DNA of 64,000 nucleotides, taken from assembly GCA_963825905.1 (NCBI GenBank), contig CAWGUL010000005.1:25751-89750 (forward strand), written 5' to 3'. Within the stretch, counting starts at the first letter, position 1. The number at the start of each line of letters is the position of its first letter. The position numbers and the translations under genes are program-made. Positions 62,096 through 64,000 of this stretch are shown piece by piece. Under the pieces are notes generated by a model. It did no database searches and had not been told where the DNA came from. It worked only from the letters and a program-made list of their open reading frames with translations. This DNA comes from an uncultured Chloroflexia bacterium (GTDB lineage Bacteria > Chloroflexota > Limnocylindria > QHBO01).

Positions 62096-64000
62096 ATGCA
62101 GCCGGAGGCTCCGCGCCTGCCCGATCTCGACCGACACCTGGACCGCCAGCTCCGGGTCCAGGAACGACAGCTGATCTGGGTCCGGCTGGCCGTGGCGATC
62201 ATCGCGGCGGCCGTGGTCCTCGTCTTCCGCGACCAGCTCCCCGGCCTGCCCGTCCTTCTCACCGTGCTCGGCCTCGTCGTCGTCTACGACGGTGCGCTGC
62301 GACTTGCCATCTCGCGCTTCCCGGCCCGCGAGGTCGGGATCGTGGCAACCGCGCTCGATCTCACCGCGGTGACGGTCGCGGTCTACGCCGCCGCGTCCTC
62401 GATTGACGCCTACCTGTTCTACGTCCCGATCATCCTCGGCGTCGCGTTCCGCTACGGCCTCGGCGCATCGGTCTGGGCGGCGCTCGTCTGCTCGGCCACG
62501 TATGCCGCCGTCATCGCCATCGGCTCGGGCGAGGGGGTCGTCCGGGAGCTGCTCGCCGTGCGCGTGGTGTACCTCGTGGGCGCCGGCCTCGCCGCCGGCC
62601 TCCTCGCGCAGGGCGTCCTCGCGAACGCCATGGAGAACGCGGAGCTGCACGGCCAGCTCGACGAGGAGGAGCGAGCGCGCGAGCGCGCCCGGGAGCGCGA
62701 GATCCTGGCCGGACTGTCGCGCGACTTCGGGCGCTCACTGGAGCCCGATGCCACCGCGCGCGCCATCGTCCACGGCGCAGCGCCGCTGATCGGCGATGTG
62801 GTATCGCTCCTCCGCATCGACCCGAGCGAGGAGCTGGCGGCGCAGCTCGTGCCCGCGCACGTCGAGAGCGACGACCCCGACCTCGCGGCCCGGGTGCTCG
62901 CCCACCTGACCGAGCATCGCGCGCGGGTGGGGCAGGGAATCGCCGGCGGGGCGGCGGCCACCGCGACCTCGATCCTCGCCGGCACCGAGCACGAGCCCCC
63001 GCCGTCGTTCCCCGGCGACCCGGACGGGGTCGAGGCGCTCGCCCTCACCTCCGTGCTCGCCGTGCCGGTGATCAGTCGTGGACGCGTGGGTGGCGTCCTG
63101 CTCGCCGCGTCGGTCGGGCGGCGCCCGATCGGCGAGGCGGATCGGCGGCTGGCGGAGGCGATCGTCGAACGTGCCGGGCCGGCGCTCGACAACGCCGCCC
63201 TGTGGTCGGACCTCCAGCGCCAGGTGGCGCGCGAGCGGCAGGCGCAGCGGATCAAGGACGACTTCCTCTCGATCGTCAGCCACGAGCTCCGGACCCCGCT
63301 GACGAGCATCCAGGGCTACAGCCAGCTCCTGGAGGGGCGCCTCCGTGACGCTGGCAGCGCGGCCAAGGAACTCGCCCACCTGCGCGTCATCCGCTCGCAG
63401 GTGGCACGCATGCGGCGCCTGGTCGACGACCTGCTCGATGTGAGCCGGATCGACAAGCGCGGCGGGGTGAGCATCGAGCCCGACCGTATCGACCTCGCCG
63501 ACGAGGTGCGCGCGGTTGGGGAGCGGATCGAGCGCGAGCACCGCGACCGCGAGGTGCGGGTCGAGGTGCCAGCGACGCTGCCGATCACCGCCGACCGCGA
63601 CCGCATCGGCCAGGTGCTGACGAACCTCGCCGACAACGCGGTGAAGTACTCGCCCGATGGGGGACCCGTCACGCTGCGCGCGTGGCGCGACACCGAGCAC
63701 GCGCACCTCGCGGTGGCCGATACCGGGTTGGGGATCCCGGAGAACCAGCTGCACCTGGTGTTCGACCGATTCTTCCAGGCCGATGCGGACTCGTCGAAGC
63801 GCCGCTTCGGCGGCCTGGGGCTGGGCCTCTACATCAGCCGCGCCATCGTCGAGGCGCATGGCGGGCGCATCTGGGCGGAGGCGAATCGGCAGGCGGGCCA
63901 CGGCACGATCTTCCGGGTCCAGCTGCCGATCGTGGCGCGCACGACCCCGCCACCGCCGCCGGCGAGCGGCGAGCCGCCCGACTTCGTCCTCCGCCGCAGC
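62096..64000 (+). CDS. sensor histidine kinase (N-terminal TM region, GAF-like domain, HisKA, HATPase_c), 3'-truncated by the window edge
   Basis: Not in the supplied ORF track because it has no stop. My translation from ATG 62096 stays open to 64000: MQPEAPRLPDLDRHL..., four or five TMs, H-box FLSIVSHELRTPLTSI, N-box LTNLADNAVKYSP, G1 VADTGLGIP, G2 GGLGLGLYISRAIVEAHGG. Confidence 0.85.
   Translation, partial: MQPEAPRLPDLDRHLDRQLRVQERQLIWVRLAVAIIAAAVVLVFRDQLPGLPVLLTVLGLVVVYDGALRLAISRFPAREVGIVATALDLTAVTVAVYAAASSIDAYLFYVPIILGVAFRYGLGASVWAALVCSATYAAVIAIGSGEGVVRELLAVRVVYLVGAGLAAGLLAQGVLANAMENAELHGQLDEEERARERAREREILAGLSRDFGRSLEPDATARAIVHGAAPLIGDVVSLLRIDPSEELAAQLVPAHVESDDPDLAARVLAHLTEHRARVGQGIAGGAAATATSILAGTEHEPPPSFPGDPDGVEALALTSVLAVPVISRGRVGGVLLAASVGRRPIGEADRRLAEAIVERAGPALDNAALWSDLQRQVARERQAQRIKDDFLSIVSHELRTPLTSIQGYSQLLEGRLRDAGSAAKELAHLRVIRSQVARMRRLVDDLLDVSRIDKRGGVSIEPDRIDLADEVRAVGERIEREHRDREVRVEVPATLPITADRDRIGQVLTNLADNAVKYSPDGGPVTLRAWRDTEHAHLAVADTGLGIPENQLHLVFDRFFQADADSSKRRFGGLGLGLYISRAIVEAHGGRIWAEANRQAGHGTIFRVQLPIVARTTPPPPPASGEPPDFVLRRS

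Noticed and set aside
1-64000. Mobile element, prophage or defence island (restriction-modification, toxin-antitoxin, CBASS, retron and similar).
   Set aside because: I recognised no integrase, transposase, nuclease, methyltransferase, reverse transcriptase or toxin-like small gene pair, and no flanking direct repeats or tRNA. The window reads as chromosomal metabolic and envelope genes. The MoxR/vWA and AAA+/vWA modules are the only system-like units, and they lack identifiable effector domains.

Overview
Very GC-rich, almost fully coding window. I call about 55 protein genes. I could not recognise any rRNA, tRNA, CRISPR array, transposase, integrase or phage gene. The long R/A/P/G-rich ORFs antisense to real genes are treated as shadow ORFs. 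Content, left to right: (1) fatty-acid/ketone-body CoA metabolism: three crotonases, a 3-hydroxyacyl-CoA dehydrogenase and a thiolase, then further right an acyl-CoA dehydrogenase and an acetoacetyl-CoA synthetase. (2) Small stress and membrane proteins and an ECF sigma/anti-sigma pair. (3) A minus-strand operon with two giant double-FtsX permeases and two ABC ATPases (13.8-21.7 kb). (4) A leaderless three-gene module of a VirB11-like P-loop protein, a ChlI-like AAA+ protein and a coiled-coil vWA protein (26.2-30.6 kb). (5) A run of disrupted genes (30.6-34.0 kb). (6) A polyamine-type ABC importer with a MerR+XRE+cupin regulator and a class-III aminotransferase (35.6-41.9 kb). (7) A ~13.4-kb, eight-gene translationally coupled operon joining an ABC-2 exporter to MoxR-DUF58-BatA/VWA genes and three very large envelope proteins, one with a long XSGQPG/GQPG tandem repeat (48.6-62.0 kb). 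(8) A GAF-containing histidine kinase cut by the window end. Two window-wide observations stand out. There are 21 reading-frame breaks. Twenty are single-base insertions, none involves a stop codon, and 14 lie within 30.8-33.9 kb; this looks more like consensus/assembly error than gene decay. At least nine genes start 6-10 nt downstream of a TANNNT box, which suggests leaderless transcripts. The most system-like candidates for follow-up are the ABC-2/MoxR/VWA operon and the P-loop/AAA+/vWA triad. Neither can be called novel from sequence alone. All family assignments come from motif recognition by eye, not from database searches.
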